Source: Chiloscyllium plagiosum (lineage: Eukaryota). Taken from it: DNA of 20,000 nt. Under the pieces are notes generated by a model. It ran no database searches and had not been told where the DNA came from. It saw only the letters and a list, made by a program, of their open reading frames with translations. Made by a program: the position numbers and the translations under genes. The stretch spans positions 72,461,102 to 72,481,101 of the forward strand of contig NC_057718.1 in NCBI RefSeq assembly GCF_004010195.1, in the 5' to 3' direction. Below, in pieces: positions 19,836-20,000 of this stretch (positions within the stretch are counted from its first letter, which is position 1; each line of letters begins with the position of its first letter).

Positions 19836-20000
19836 GGTTGCTATCATTGAAGCCTCACAGTGCCAAGGACCGGGGTTCGATTCCACCCTCCAATGACTGT
19901 GTGGAGCGGCCACATTCTCCGCATGGACTTCCTCTGGGTGCTCTGTTTTTTTTTCTCGCAATCGAAAGGTGTGCATATTAAATGGGTTGCCCTATAGTGT
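19836..20000 (+). mobile_element. Decayed HE1-type SINE running off the window end
   Basis: gcctcacagtgccaaggaccggggttcgattcc...ctgtgtggag...cattctcc...ttcctctgggtgctc. Confidence 0.75.

Noticed and set aside
14137..20000. Last exons of a convergent neighbour gene (DOP1A lies tail-to-tail with PGM3 in human)
   Set aside because: I found no minus-strand peptide resembling the DOP1A C-terminus; the coding-like minus-strand sequence is Tx1, CR1 or Penelope.

Overview
Eukaryotic vertebrate genomic DNA, almost certainly from a cartilaginous fish. The repeat content (HE1-type SINEs, CR1/HER1 LINEs, Penelope-like termini) resembles that of sharks; this is an inference. The only host gene I can support is the 3' end of PGM3 (phosphoacetylglucosamine mutase) on the + strand: four phase-0 coding exons (4745-4864, 5288-5410, 9207-9380, 11722-11811), with a GC-AG last intron. 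The rest is intron or downstream DNA packed with decayed, often nested retroelements: a long antisense CR1 with ORF1 and ORF2 remnants, several CR1 3' ends, an L2 remnant, HE1- and Deu-type SINEs, a Tx1-clade LINE remnant, three solo-LTR-like elements and several Penelope-like pieces. There is a 152-N assembly gap at 8483-8634. The most interesting signal is a minimal hammerhead-ribozyme-like motif (CUGANGA-stem II-GAAA-CGUC) in the Penelope-like termini, with four clean copies and two decayed copies whose stem II covaries. Two of the clean copies lie in a single inverted-repeat insertion bounded by a 14-bp direct repeat. Family assignments come from recalled consensus and protein motifs, not database searches, and repeat boundaries are approximate. 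Most listed ORFs are spurious or transposon-derived.
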